The translations under genes were made by a program, and so were the position numbers. From Cyanophora paradoxa CCMP329 (lineage: Eukaryota; Plantae; Glaucophyta): a stretch of DNA of 64,000 bases. A model generated the notes under the pieces. The model was not told where the DNA came from. It did not search any database and worked only from the letters and a program-made list of their open reading frames with translations. Numbering within the stretch: position 1 is the stretch's first letter; the number at the start of each line of letters is the position of its first letter. This document shows positions 24,701 through 39,700 of this stretch, in pieces. Where the stretch lies: positions 101,297-165,296 of the forward strand of contig QPMI01000160.1 in the NCBI GenBank assembly GCA_004431415.1. The letters are read 5' to 3'.

Positions 24701-27700
24701 ACCCTTTTCCACATACTCGGACATTGCGGCTAGTGGCAGCGGGGTGACGTTCAGAGCTTACCCGACACGCGCCGGGTACCGTCCCGTGTTCGCTCCCTTC
24801 ATTTCAGGAGGCGGACCCGCGGTCACAGCGGAAGTCACAGGCAAGCGCATGAAAGTCCCACTTCTAATCTGACCCAGTTCTTTTTTGAGCGTGAGGGGTT
24901 TAAATTTTATGAATCGTTCGCGGCAGGCGTGAACGACTTCAGGTGTACACCCGCTCGCGCCCCACCCGGCCAAGTCATTCCGTGCACGGCCGAAAAGGGC
25001 GACGGTACATGCGCAACTGCCCTTTCGTTTCTTCGATGCGCGCTTCTTGTGGGGCATTGATATCTTTCTGTGTAAGGAATGCCGGATCTGGATCCGTCTT
25101 TGTTCTCGGCGGCCGCCTCCGCAGGAGCAATCACGTCTGCAATCTCTGGCACAGCAAGCGGTGGCATCGTATTTTCCTATACTACTGGCTTCGGAGGAGC
25201 GAGCGGGCCGGAGGTGACGCTTTCATTTGTGCCTAACAACGCCAAGGCTGCCAAGACGTTTGTCGCTGTGGTTCGTACCTCGGCCATATTATATTTTAAT
25301 TAATTGCAAGCGAGCGTTCATCTAAAATCTGCGGGTAGCGATACTTGAATCTTGATCATTTCCACGCATGCGCATGCACAGGTTTCCGCGAATTTTGTAT
25401 GCACATGCAATCAGGCCGGGCTGAGCCCTGCAGAGTGCCGCGTTCGAATGAAAAACACTTTCGTTTGCACTGGTGCACTTTCTGCGGGTCTACAATTTCC
25501 GTCTTGGTCTGTTCGCGAGCTAATTCTTAGCAGTCGTGAAGGGAGCGGACTCTGCCGACCTCGTTCCAGCTGACGTCACGCTGGGCCCCTTAATCATGGA
25601 GGACGGGACGCCACACAACGTCCGCATCCCGGTTCGTCTCGGCCACTGAGCATTGCTTGCATAGACGACTCGCAATCAAACGTCTTCCTGATTCTGATCA
25701 CGACCACGCACTGTTCAAATGCAGCGCATCGCCAAACGATCGAAGGTCACCACCGCCGCTGATGGCGGCCTTCAGTTCTCCGTGGAAGCAGCAGACTTTG
25801 CTATTTTCGACGGAAAGGCAGTGAACTTCACTGTCTCGCTGCTGAGCAATCCTTTCGCGGACTCGCCACTTCGCGTCACTGTACTTGGCGGTGGGTCCCT
25901 CGAGTTCATCCCTGTTCTCGCTCTGAAATTCCTCATAATATGCTCTGTTCGTGCTCTCTTCGCATTTGCCTTCGGCTTTCAGATATTCTCCTGGATTGTC
26001 CGCCAAGGATAGGAGCCACCACCGCCGGGCCTTTTTACTGCTTCGTCGACACCGACGGCTCCCGCCTGCGACCCGAAGACATCGTCCTGGCCGGCCCAAG
26101 CTCAGCCACGTCCCGCCGGTCCCTTCTGCAATCAACGGGCCTTACGATTAGCCCGCTGGAATCCGATGGAGGCACAAACCTGCGATTCAACGTTTCAACG
26201 CAGGACACACCGCTAGTTTCCTGGGCGAGCTTCCAAGCGCGTTTTGCGTCCAGCGTGCTTTCTCCTGGCGCGTCGGAGACGCCGGTCCTGGGTTCCCCTT
26301 CAAATACGTCAATTATCGGTTCGTTCGATCGGGTCTCCTTGTAACGTACATATAAATAAGCGCTCCAGATTCGCAGCATTTCCTCTTTAGAAAACTGACG
26401 AACGCCTTGCAGGCGCTCGGGTGCAATGCGACAGAACCGTTTTAGTGGTGAGCGTCGTGTGTGCACTAATCAGCGATGGGCCGCCGTCTAACTATATTAC
26501 TATTGTTCCAGGCGCGGACGCGTTTAGAGTGTAATGTCACTGGTTCCAGAACGGGAGCTCCGTTGGAGAAAACGGATTTCTTGTGCGGTTTTGCGCACGC
26601 AAGAGACTTTCGCCTAGCTTCGATTATAATATTATTAATTACTGAGTGTAGTCCCCCCTAGGTTTGCTGATGCACAAGATGCGCGGTACGAGGATTACTC
26701 CGTCACGCGCATTTCCGATTACTTGGTGGCCCAATTTAATTTCGCTCACTTCACAGCGCTCTCTCACTGACTATCTGTACTAGATCCAACACATAATCTT
26801 CGGTCCCACATCCGGAGGCACAACCCCTAACCTTTTTGCGTACTACGCGGCTACATGGACGAAATATTCCGCATTCCACATGAACGTCGACAACTCCCCC
26901 CTGTCGCTTTCTGTCATTTCCGGCAGACTCGTTTGCAGCAAATCGCGCGTTTACTTCGGTGTGTGATGGCTCTTCGCTTCGCATATACGGTTTTCCTTAC
27001 AGAGTCTTCTCGTGGGCAGGTGATTCGGTAGATTGCTGGGTGGAGAACGGTGCCAATCTTCTTCCTTTTCCAATGATCGATTCCGCGCAAACGCATTCCT
27101 TGCATTTGGCAGACGCCGGCATTCCTCTGCAAGCGTCGTATTTCACCTCTTCGTATTACTCTTCATTGACGGTAACGAATGCTCTTGGAAATGACGCGAG
27201 TTTAATTTTGCCTGAAGCTTCGAATGCTTGCAGCGCTTGTCTACGGACAATCCCCTGAAATGCATTGGACCTACCACGATAGGCGCGGGGACGTTCTATC
27301 TTGGGCAAGGCTGCAACGGCGGATCGAACACGCAAGCAGGTCGATCTCGCAGCGCCCCAGGCCCTTTGAGGATGGACCTCTGACCACGAGGCCCACTTGC
27401 AGGCGCCACACCTCGTTTCACCTTCACGCAAAACGCGGACCCAGGGAACAGGACAGATGTCGCAACCATAAGGATCGGAACCCCTAAGCGGATCGCAGTC
27501 ACGGTTATCGCCGTAGGGTGGACCGCCGTCGTAGCGGGCAGGGACGTGGACACGGTACGCAATGCGCCTAACGAAGTAAGCATTATCTCTCTCCAATCTT
27601 ATCCGCTCCGGGTCCGGATCCCCAGATCTGGGCGCCGCCGCTCACGTTCAACATCACAGTTCTTAAAGGTGAGCGGATTTCGTGAGGCCGCTCTTCATAA

Positions 27701-30700
27701 TTACGTTTACGTGTAAGTGAAAGCTGCATTATCTCAGGTCACACGTACAATTTTGAGTGCAAGCCAGAGGTGAGCAGTCCTCGGTCCTGGATGCAACCCG
27801 CTTGTGCAAAAGAAGCAATCGAAGAAGAACATGCTGTTTAATTGCTTTCCGCAGCCGCGGCCCGCTTGCTGCAACCTGGATACCGATCCACCAAGAAGGC
27901 GCAACTGGCTGAACTCTGTCTACAACCATACTTGCACCCTGCGAAAAGACACAATAAAAAAGGCCGAATCTGGGAACTATGGCGGTCTTGCCGCGGCTAC
28001 AACAAGTCCCCCTACTCTCTCTGAAAGTATCTCGGACTTCGTCATGAGCGACTTCAACTGGACCGCCGGAGCGGTGCCGTGCGACCCGACGGCCGCAGCT
28101 ATTTTCACGGCTCCGGCTGCGGGAATGCTGGTCCTACCGGACGAGGACGACGCCGAGAGCTCCCGTTCACCTCCCACGGTCCGTGGGGGCCGGCCTGGTC
28201 CAGCGAGTGCCCTCGGGATTCCAGCTGACCGTTTTATTTCGGTTACCGCAGTTTGTTATACAGCCGCTTGCAGCTAAAGATTACTATTTCTGCATTCGTC
28301 CCAAAGAGGCCTTGTACCCGATCATAACCACGGCCGCCGCCGCTTTCGACAAATCGATTGCGTACACGATCTACGACGCACAGCCCGGCCTTGATTCGAC
28401 TGCTAGTGCGGGGACTATAACTATTACTATGCCTTGCAAAAACCAGACGTTCGATTTGGTTGCGGGATACTCTCGAACCGTGCGCCTGCACACGCGTTCT
28501 AGCTCCGACTCCATAATTTTGTTTGGGCTGATTTCCGTTCATCGCAGGGCTGCAACATGTACAGAACCTTCACAACGCACCCGCAGATGATTGAGCGGGA
28601 TTTTGACTGGGTAGGGGGGGAAGCGGACGCGGCCCAATTGTCGACACTCTATGGAGACCAGCCACAATTCATAGTGCCGCTCAAAATTGTAAGTGCACTC
28701 AAATTAAATTTATTTATGAAAGTCTCTCCAGGCAAAGGCTAATGTCTCCCTGTAAACGCAGACCGGAAATAAGGGAACCTACAAGTATGAGAAACTCACG
28801 GTCTTCTTTTGCATATCCATCTCTCAAGTGCAACATAAATTACTGAACCTTTCCTGCGCCGAAGATTGGATTTCCTAGCGCTCAAGGCGGGGATGTCGCG
28901 AAAGTGCTTTGGTGCATTACGTTGGTGCTGATCATGACTTCAAATTGAAAGCGAGTACGGAAGCTGATATTTAAATTCCGTTGTCCCAGGGACGGGTGGG
29001 CGGTCAACAGTGTTCTGGAATATACAACATATTGCTTCATGAGGGGTTCACCTGTAGTATACAATTCTTTATCAGACCCTTTCAGAGTTGGAGGTGCGTG
29101 AAATTGCGTCGGAAGTGCCGGATAGAAATAATTGTGTTTCGGCTCTTGACGAGAAACGCCCTGCAGCTGGCGCAAAGCTTTCATGCTATCTGGAACAACA
29201 GAATGAATCGCCCGTCCTTCCTCGCGGCCAGATCGTCGGTCCCATCAAAGGAGGGGTCAAGTTTGAGGGGAATATCACGGAGCTGCAGCCCAACTCCACG
29301 GACATAATGCGATACCCCCCGGACGCCCCGTGCCGCGACATGCCAGGGCAGACGTATCCCATCACCAGCGCCACAACCTGCGGATGGTCCTATTATTCGT
29401 ATGCCAGCCCCTGGTTCTCCATGTACAACTGCTCGTATTCGGTCGTCACAGAGACATCAGCCGTCACCTGCACGAACAGCACTCAGTACTATAGGAACAT
29501 GACTGTCGATAACATTCTCGTCTGCAAGAATAACACGGTTACCTCCTGCTGTTCGACGTATCAGACGCCGTCCGGTTGCTATACCCGATTCAGCTTTGAG
29601 TGCGTCCGATAGCTTGCGCTGGAACCTCCTGATGAATGCTCATCCCTCGCCGGCTCGAGTAGGTATCAGGCGCCGCTTAATCCAACCCAGCCCACAAACC
29701 TAATTAGGTTCGTCTTCGACACTACGCACGCAAAATTCAGCGAGGGATACAAGGTAAATTCCCTCTCATGAGTGAATCACATGATATGGATGCGACTGAC
29801 GGCGGATGTCAACCTCGACCGTGCTCAGACTGATAGTGGACGTGACGTAAGCTCGGACTTTATTTGGCATTTGCTGCGCTTTAGCTCATTACTGCCTGTT
29901 TACATATAGGTGAAACTCAATATTATCGCGGCTAAATCCTGGGGATGCTATCCGACTGTTCTGGCTGCGTGCGTTCTCCGAATATTAATGCCTGACTTCA
30001 AATTCGACCGAATTGCATTCATGAAAATGGTTTTTGATCTTTAATAAAATTCTAATCGATTTCGTCAGGCGTTCAAATTTCTACGCAGCGTGCTGGGTAT
30101 GTACGCGTATGGGAGGCCCGGCTCAGGTCGGCATAATAAACAATGACGGATGTTTTCGTCGCAGGTTCGAAAGACTGCAATCAGCTCTTACTTGGGATAT
30201 AACGATATCATCCTGGTTTCGTGCGCTTTGCTTCAGTAACTGCGCCCGCACATCGATTATGTGCGCTCATCCAATTCGCAGAAACAATACGAACCTTATT
30301 AGCCCCCCGGGCCCTGATGCGACGATATCATCGCACATAGAGTGGAACTATCTGAAAATTGGAAATTTTGAGGAGACCGTAGTCTGGTCCGTCCGCACGA
30401 ATACTACCTCGCAGCAGGCGGGACCTGTGAGAATTGACTTCAAGTACGGATCCGATCTTTCCACCTTCGCCTCGATCAACATCCAGGTTGTTGTCGGCGC
30501 GCTCAGCACACCCAAGGCGGGCGTTCGCATTCCCGTCGGCGAGACTGCCACCTTTTATATGGTTCCCTACGGAGATTCAGATCCGGACAGCCTGGACCTC
30601 TCATCGTACACCAACCCCCTGATGGGCGTAATGAACGAGGCTGGGCTGGTCCAGCCCGCAGAAGAGTACGCAACGCTGTCGGCTCTGGGGAGCCTCGAGA

Positions 30701-33700
30701 CGCGAACACCCCCGTCCGACTACATCCTTTACCCCGGCACTCCGGTCAAGTGCACGACTTTCGCCATGACGGGTACAGTCGTTATGGGTGCGCAAATTCC
30801 CGGGTCCGCTCCGTATAAAAACATTAAATATTAGACTTGCCAGCCTAAATCTAAAACCCTTTATCTTACCATATGGAATAGGAGTGGACATTGTGCAGCA
30901 CGTTCAGCTCATGTACTCTTACAAGGTTTGCTTTCAATCAATGCGCCATCAGATATATATGCCTCAATCGCCAACCGCGGACGTCTGCAGATGTATGACG
31001 CGGTTGAGCTGAATCATAAACGGCCGGACAACGACACGAACGCATACCTGGCAAAATCGGGAAGTGCGTGCAGATATTGCTCGACGTCGACGAAACCCCC
31101 CTATCTCAAGCCACCGAGCGAGGCCCAGCGGACGGCATTTTCGGAGAGACTGGTCGTCTTCCAGGTGCTTTGGTATTTATGTGCTTGCTCTGTTCGCAAA
31201 TCTGACAGCAATTTCGAAATTTAGGTGGAGACGTTTACTTGCTCCAGGGTCCTGATATGGTCCGCGGCCGATTATAGAGACTTGGGCTTGTTGCGTTCTG
31301 TTGCATGTACATTTGATGCATTTCCGTGTGCAGTGCAACCTGCTACGTTCGATGCACGATCGAGCCTGTACGCTTTACGCGTAATCAATTAAGCGAACCT
31401 TATATCGGGTTTTTTTGCAGGCATTTATGAAGGTGGGGCTGGTCCTAGACGACTTCAACATTGTCCTCTCAGGGGGTTAATCGCGTTTTTGTATGATCAA
31501 CTCCCGCCGATTTCTGCCTTCTGACTTTCATCCTGTAATGAATCAGGAAAGCTCGTTGCCGGCCGGATCGAAGGCCCAAATGTGATTCTCGACATTCAGG
31601 TGCGCTTCCGCCTCGCTCACGATCCGGCCACCTGCCGCCGCCAGCGAAGCTTCGGATGCAGGGCGATCTCGACAGCGCTGTCCCTGGCTCAAACGAGCTC
31701 GTCATCAATGTGCTGTACCGTGTCGGTGGGACGCATATTCCCTCCAGCCCCAAGAGGATCACTCTACAGCCATTCGTCGTCACTTGCAACGTCAAGCGCG
31801 ACGACCGCTGCCGTCTCACACAGGGCAGCTTCTCGCTCTTCGAGGCCACGGTAAGATGTGGCTTGCGCTGTCTAGTAAAATTACATTCTTGCGATCTTCC
31901 GATTTACGGCACGTTTACGGCTTGCCGTCTAATCTGCCTACTGTTATAGATGTCCAATCTCTGCCTCTCCATCTGCATTCGCGATCGGCCTCGTTCTCTT
32001 TCACGTCTAACTTCCTCGTTTCTGTTTCGCACAGCGAGAACCGTTCCTCCTGCCCATCGAGTTTTCTACGAGGATTGCCATTAAGAGCAACGTTACCGTA
32101 ACGCGGCCGGACCTGGTTGGGCTCATCTACGTCTCGCGAGAGAGCTCCACGGGCAAGTTTACAATTCGCTTCGACGGGCTGAATACGAACGACACGGACC
32201 CTGCGCGCCTCTATATCACAGCCTCCTCTGATCTCTCCGATCCCGCCGTCAAGCCGCTGAGTGGCATTTACTTGGCGAACCAGCAAATCGAAGTCGTTGA
32301 GCTGGATAAGCCGCGCGGCCTTGTCTGTACCCCCAGCCGTCTCGCTCACGCCCGCGTGTCCAACTGCTTGAGTTGGACCCTTCCGGACTCGCCTCCTGTT
32401 TATCCTTCAGACTTCGTTGTGCACAGCTCTTTCCCTGCCCAGCTCGACCCGTTTCAGAATGCCACGACGGATGCGCCGGGCGACATCGTCACCATCCCTA
32501 TCCTCGCTCGCGACATTCCGCTCACGCCCAACCTGACGATCTGGATGAACTGGATTGAACCCATGCAATTCGAAGGGTCCTTAGCTGCCGGGCCGGCTGA
32601 AATCTCGTTTATCTGTGCGCGCTCAGCGGCTTTTCTGCTTGTTTGGTCTATTCTTGATTTTTGATGTGCGAGCCTGCGCTCGCAGCGGCGAGATTGTGGT
32701 GCTGGTATGACAAGAATTTCATTCGCAGTCAGGTGGACTGTACCCTGTTCCGAATGGGGGAAAGTAAAGCGTTGCAGCTTTCCGATTTCCTCGCTCCTGT
32801 CATACAAATACTAAGAGGCACCTACACATCCTCGCCGACCCCCTACGTGGTTACGCCGGGAGGAAATGCGCGCGATTAATTGTGTTTTACATGAATCAAG
32901 GCGGACACTGATTTCGATCCGCAGATTACGTTTTCTCTGCCGAACTTGGAAAGCATACCTGGAGTGATTATTGTCACCGTCCCGTACAGCCCCGAGGTTG
33001 GCGGCGGCTTAGCCGGGATGGAATATGTGCCGCCGAACGTTATGATTGAGCTCGCGTGCGACCACACGACGAGGCCGCTGCGCCAACATACCACGTGCCA
33101 TGTGAGTGGAGGTCGCGCTCGTGTGCAAGACCGAATGTGATTCAATTGAAATCGCTCAATTTATGCGCACAGGTTACGAAAAATGCCGCTTCGGTTGATG
33201 CTTTCACTTCCCTTGACATCTCCGTATCTTGGGTTGGGGTCAACGGCACTGTGACTCTGGGCGCCCTCGTCGATACGGCGTCCAGTGTTGTCGACTTTGA
33301 GGTCCATGCCCTCGTCCTTTCCGGTGTGGGCAAAGTGCAGGCGGTCGTTCTCGGAGATGATCGTTTCAAATACTGGGATCTAACGATTGAAACGAACCTT
33401 GCCTTCACGTGTTCGAAAAGCCGCATGGCGACCGGGCAAAGCCAGGCCTGCACCCTCTCAGCGGACACGCCCCTTCTCGTCTCGGATATCAAAGGAGGCT
33501 CTTCATCAAAAGGCGCAGTAACTTTCGGCACGATCACAGAGAGTGCTGGCGTGCTCAGCCTGCCGATCACTGCGACAAAGGGCGCTGCTTCACACACGAT
33601 CGCTGTGCTCATGCCAAATAATGAACTTATCCTCCCGTTTAATCTGCCGATCGTGGAGATCGCGGACCTCAGCTGCAGGCCCTCAGCTAAGCCTACGCGC

Positions 33701-36700
33701 GTCGTTTTCAACACGCGTGCTAGCTGCGTCCTTGTAAAGACGGCTTTGTCTGCGGATCTTTTGCCCACGGACATCGCTTTTTCACCCACGCCGGCTAAGA
33801 CGATCGATCCTGCTGTCACTGGCAACAATGGGAACCTAAATTTCACGTATATGGCCGATGCGTTGTGTGGTACAAGTGGCTGTACCCTGGACATTACCTA
33901 CTCCGCCGACCTCGGCGGCGCCGCTGTGGCGGTGGCATCGAATACATTCTTCGTTATCGACATCGGTTCAGAGACTCACCCGTCAGGAAGGAAGGCGCGT
34001 GGCTTCGTTGAGACAGCCGTGTTTGCGAAGGCGGCGAGTCAGCCCGACTTGCTCCCATCGGACATCGATCCTGTTTGGTCGTCGAGCGGCTTCCTCGTGT
34101 CTAGCACGCCGGTAGTGAAGACCGGAGGAGGGCTGACAATTTCTCTCTGGCCCTCGACTGGAGTCGTCAACGGCAAGTACAGGGTGCGTTGCGGCTGAGA
34201 ATTCATGATCAGATCTCATGTTTCTCTTACGCTCTCTCTCTCTCTATATATATATGGCCATGGCGACAGATTTTCTGGTCCAGCGTTGTCGTGGATGAAG
34301 TCGTCGAGGGACGCGTGGGCGTGATTCCTGAGACATCGATCAGCATCGTGCGTGCACGGAGAGTGTTCTTATAAAAGATATCGATGTCTATATAGCTAGG
34401 TATAATTCTGCGCAAACTATACAACTGATTGTGAATGCTGCTCGTGCTCAGGTCGACGTCTCGCTCTCGTGCGCCGGGAAAACGGATCCAGCGCTGCGAA
34501 TCTTGTTCGGCGCCGTTGTCGACTGCGTTGTTCTCAAGACAGCAACTTCGGACGATTTGCAGGCCAACGACATCGCTGCGCCCGTAGTGAGCACAGCACA
34601 TGCAACAATCTCAGGCTTCACATTGGATTCTGCCAGCCAATTCTCCTTCACGTGCGTGTGCTGTCAATTCGCAATGCTAACTGTCACGTAAACGGCTGCT
34701 TTATATTTTTTGCGATGGGTCAGTTACAAGGTCCTGGACCCTCCTCTCACGGGCGAGGACTCGATTCTGCTCTACTGGGGATCAGGACTCACTGCCGTAG
34801 AGCTTCTAGCCGAGCTTCGCAATGTGAGCTTTGTCAACGCACAGCTCGTCACCGATCGGCAGCGCGTGCGGAAAGGCGCGGACGTTGCAGGCGAACTCGT
34901 TCGCGTCGCTTCGTCCGCGCCCCTGCTCCTGAGCGATTTCGCCAACCTCGGCTTCTCCGACACCTACGCCGTGGTCAACCAGACCACGTACATTGCCAGC
35001 AACGTGACTGGCAACGTGACCTTCGCCGCCCGCGCTGTGAGCGTCGGCGAGGGAGCGAGCTTCTCGGTTCAGTATTCTTCCAGCGTCATCGGCGGGGGCG
35101 GCTCCGTCCCTGGCACACCGTTGCTCGACGTCGTCGGTCCGTGGAATGCGGATTTTAAATTATAAATTATCATGATCAGAAAGATCTTTGTTATTTGTTT
35201 ATAACTATCGCTTTTGAGCAGACGTGAGCTCCATGACGTGCGACAAGACGCGCGTCGGAGTCAACAGAAGCATTCAATGCGAAGTCTTCAAGGCAGATGG
35301 ATCGCCTCAGCTGCGGCGCGATGACTTCAGAGACCCGTATTTCAACCAGATTTCGGAATTGACGGTTGTGACGGCGACTGGGTTGATGTTCCCCTACCAG
35401 CCAGCCGTCGTCAACGGGTGAATGAAATTGAAACTCATTTGCATTCTTCCCAGCCCGTTGCTGACATGTTCCAATGTCTTTCAGACCGGCGTTCGAGTTT
35501 CGCCTTCAGTGGGCACCCGAGGTCGTGCAAGGGACCGCCGCAGTCATTCCCTTGCGCGTGATTTCTGCAAATGTTCAATGTGCCGCCTTGAGGCGAAATC
35601 CGTATGCGCTTGGTGAGTCACGTAGTGCTAGTACTCGTCTTTGGAGATCGTTCTAATTCGTCTATTGGTGTGATTGACGGTCTTTCCGATTCGCAGCAAC
35701 GTGCCAGGTCATTCCGATCGAAAACAGCGCACCGCTGGAAGTGGCCGACTTGCGGCTCACCTCGACCGATCCTGCGTTGCTGCGTCCGGAAACTCCGGCA
35801 TTGATCCCAGGCACCAACGGCTCCATCCTCCTTTCCGCTACCGCTCTCGAGGCGACAGCAACAGCGGGCATGCTGGCGTATTGGTCGGAAGAGGTGCGAA
35901 TCCGATCGCAACAATGTTTAGCTCTCTATAACACGGTGCAAACACTAATGTCGCACGCAGCTCGGGAACGAAACCTTGACGAATGTTACGGTGACGATCG
36001 TTGACGCGGCTCTGAACTGTCCCCCGAGGTCGGTTGTAGGTCGCACGGTGGCCTGCAACATTACGCGGACCGGCAATTCCCCGACACTTGAGCTGAGCGA
36101 TTTCTTCCGCACAGTGTTCATCGTTGGAAGAGGCCAGTCTTTCGTGAATGGGCTTCGGGCCGCACCGGAGCTGGACGGAATCACTTTCAGAGTTACTATC
36201 CCTTCGGCTTCACAGCTTGCCACCGCAAGCATCTTTGCGAATGCAACCTTCGCCAATGCAACCGTCGTGTTCGATGGTGACGTTCTCGGAAAGTTTACCT
36301 CGAGAGGAAGCCGTATTCAGTTCCTTTCCGCAACGTTCAGCTGCAATAAAACGCGCGCTCGGCTTTTTACCGTCGTTTCCTGCCGCATTGTACCGCAACT
36401 CGGACACATGGGCCCAGAGGACGTGTTATTGCCCCCGGAAGAGAATTCTCAACCTCTAATCCAGATTGTCGGCGGCCCTCCTTCCAATCCGAGCCTCGTG
36501 CGCATTCCGTGTAGCCTTCATAACGCATTCGGATGACGGCCGCTCGTGGCCGCTCGAAGGTAATCGCCGATTTCAATGCGACCACCCTGGTCACGAACGG
36601 GATGATCACCGCCGTCTACCACGAGCTCCTTGGAGGCGGTCGCATTGGTCGCGCGAACGTAACCGTCATCGATGCTGTGGCCCGGTGCAATGCAACTCGC

Positions 36701-39700
36701 ATCGCGGTCAGCGCTATCCTTGAATGCGCGTCGGAGCCCGTACCAGGATCTGGGGCGCTTAGAATCTCGGATGTCGCCTTCTCTGGGTCTTCCGTTCCTG
36801 ATGGACGGTTCTTTAAGCCACTCGGCGTTCCCATTTTGAGGAGCGGGGCTGTGGTACTTGTTGCTGTCGGCCGAGAACCAGCGCCCGCCGTGCCTCTGGA
36901 GGTTGGGTGGACAGAATCGGTCGGAGGCGGCATTCTGATTGAAACGCTGGTAGACGTTGTGGGGGCCAGCGTCAGCTGTCCGGAGCGCGTCCGCGAGGGC
37001 GTTGACATCCTATGCGTCTTGAGTCCCGCCCCAGGCGGGCCTGTGCTCGAACTGACGGACCTTCTCCCGGGAGAGGTCCTTCCGGCGGGCTCTGGTGAAG
37101 CGCTGCCGCTGGCGCCGCACGAACAGCAGCCCGGAAACGTGTCGCTTGGCATTCTGAACGTCAGCCTCCACCTGGGCGGCGTGAACGTGTCGGTCCGCTA
37201 CAACTTGAGCATCCATGCCGCGTCGCCAAACATTGCGCAATCTCCCTTCACTGTAGACGTGGTCGCGGCGGTTCTAACCATCAACGCATCGCGTGCCGTC
37301 GCCGGTGCACCCGTCGGCGTCACTCTGGTGCGAAAGAGCGGGTCGGAGTCTCTTCTCTCCACAGATTTCGAGGGCCCCTGGTTCCTCAACGCTACCGCTT
37401 CCTCTGATGGCAGCCCGCCACAATTATCTGCTCTGGTCCCCCTCGCAGCGACCGGCAACGCCCTCACGTTTTATGTGAAGCCAACAACCGTAGGAGAGGC
37501 CCAGCTCCTGTGGGCGAACTACAGTGGCGGCGTGGGCGGCGGCCTCGTCAACGAGGTCAACGTCACTGTCGTTGAGGCGACCGTCGCCTGCGCGCCCCTG
37601 CGCGTCGTCATTGGCGCCGCCATCACGTGCAACGTCTCCCGCACGGCAGCATCTCCGGCTCTCGTGGCGTCCGACCTGACGCTCTCTGTGTCGCCGCCGA
37701 CCGCGGGCGCCGTCGGTCAACTCACTGCTGTCAGCGGCCAGCCGCACCAGTTCGAGTTCACATTCGTTCCTTCCGAGCCCGTTCTCGGCAGCATAAACGT
37801 CCGGTACGCACCGCACGTAGATCCGTCAACACAGCACGTAGGCGGCAGCCCGGTGCCGTTCACTTCCCTCAATGCGACTTTGAGCTGCGAAACACTGCGC
37901 TTCCTTGTTGGTGCTGGGACGGTCTGTAGCGCAACAAAGCACACCGCGGGTGGCGATCTCTTCCCCGCCGATTTCGTCATGCTGGGCTCGCCTGCGGGAG
38001 TTGCAGGCGACATCGGCCTTCACCCGTCCCTGAATGGCTCTCTCTCTTTCAACTTCACCGTGACAACATCGACGGGGCCCAGTGGCGAGAGCCTTCAGGT
38101 AATTCGTTGTCACTAGTACGTAGATACTGCAGTGTAATATAATGCATGGAGAGGCGAGTTTCTAGATCTAGACAAGGCTCATAACAGTATACGTACGCGT
38201 ATGAATATTAACTACGCCCACAGATTCAGTGGCACCCGTCCCTCACGGGGACCGGCGGACTGCCGAATGCGACGGTCGCTGACGTATTATCTGTCACTTT
38301 ATTTACAGTCAATGCAAGCGTGCACTGTCCGCCCCGCGTCGGCCTGGCGGCCAACTTCTCGTGCGTCCTGGTGCCTCCAACGGGATCTGCTCCGCTCCTC
38401 CCGAGCGACTTCGCGGACCTCGGGCGGCTCCTGGCCGCGGACCCGGACGCTGAAGGCACCGGGCGGCCATCTGGGACAAGCATGAACGAGGTCTTCGTCG
38501 CGCTCGGCGGAGACGTTGGCGTCGCGTCCCTGCAGCTGTTCGAAGTGGGCGAGTCGTGGCTGCGCCCGCAGTGGAGCGCCTCAGTCGGCGGAGGCTTCGT
38601 CCGGCCTGTGCCTGTTGCGGTCGTGGAGGCCGTGATCAGCTGTCCGGAGCGCGTCCGCGACGGAATAGACGTACTATGCGTCTTGAGCCCAACACCTGGC
38701 GGACCTCCGCTGGACACGACGGACTTCCTGCCGGGCGAGGTCATGCCAGCGGGCTCTGGCGAAGCGCTGCCGCTGGTGCCGCATGCGCAGCAGCCCGGAA
38801 ACGTGTCGCTCGGCATTCGGAACGTCAGCCTCCACCTTGGCGGCGTGAACGTGTCGGTCCGTTACAACTCGAGCATCGATTCGGCGTCGCCAGACATTGC
38901 ACGATCTCCCTTCACTGTGGACGTGGTCGCGGCGGTTCTTTCCACCAATGTCACCCGCGCGGCTGTTGGCGCCCCCGTCGGCGTCACGCTTGCCGGGAAA
39001 AGCGGGTCGGAGCCTCTCCTCTCTTCTGACTTCGAAGGCGTTTGGCTCCAGAGCCCGTCTAGTGGCACGGCACCGCCAATCACTTCTTCAGTCTTAATCG
39101 CAGCGACCGGCGATGCCCTCAAATTCCTCGTGCACCCCACGTTTCCAGGAGAGCCCGCGCGCGTGTGGGCGAACTACAGTGGCGGCGTGGGCGGCGGCCT
39201 CGTCAACGAGGTCAACGTCACTGTCGTTGAGGCGACCGTTGCCTGCGCGCCCCTGCGCGTCGTCATTGGCGCCGCCATCACGTGCAACGTCTCCCGCACG
39301 GCAGCATCTCCGGCTCTCGTGGCGTCTGACCTGACGCTCTCTGTGTCGCCGCCGACTGCGGGCACCGTCGGTCAACTCACTGCTGTCAGCGGCCAGCCGC
39401 ACCAGTTCGAGTTCACATTCGTGCCTTCCGAGCCCGTTCTCGGCATCATAAACGTCCGCTATGCCCCGCTCATAGACGCGTCAACACAGCACGTAGGCGG
39501 CAGCCCGGTGCCGTTCACTTCCCTCAACGCGACTCTACATTGCAGTTCACTGCGTCTCCACGTGGGCGCTGCCACCGTCTGCGACGTGGCGAAGCATGGC
39601 ACGGGTGGGGACCTCTTTCCCGCCGACTTCGTCATGCTGGGATCGCCTGCGGGAGTTGCAGGCGACATCGGCAACCACCCGTCCCTCAATGGTTCCCTCT

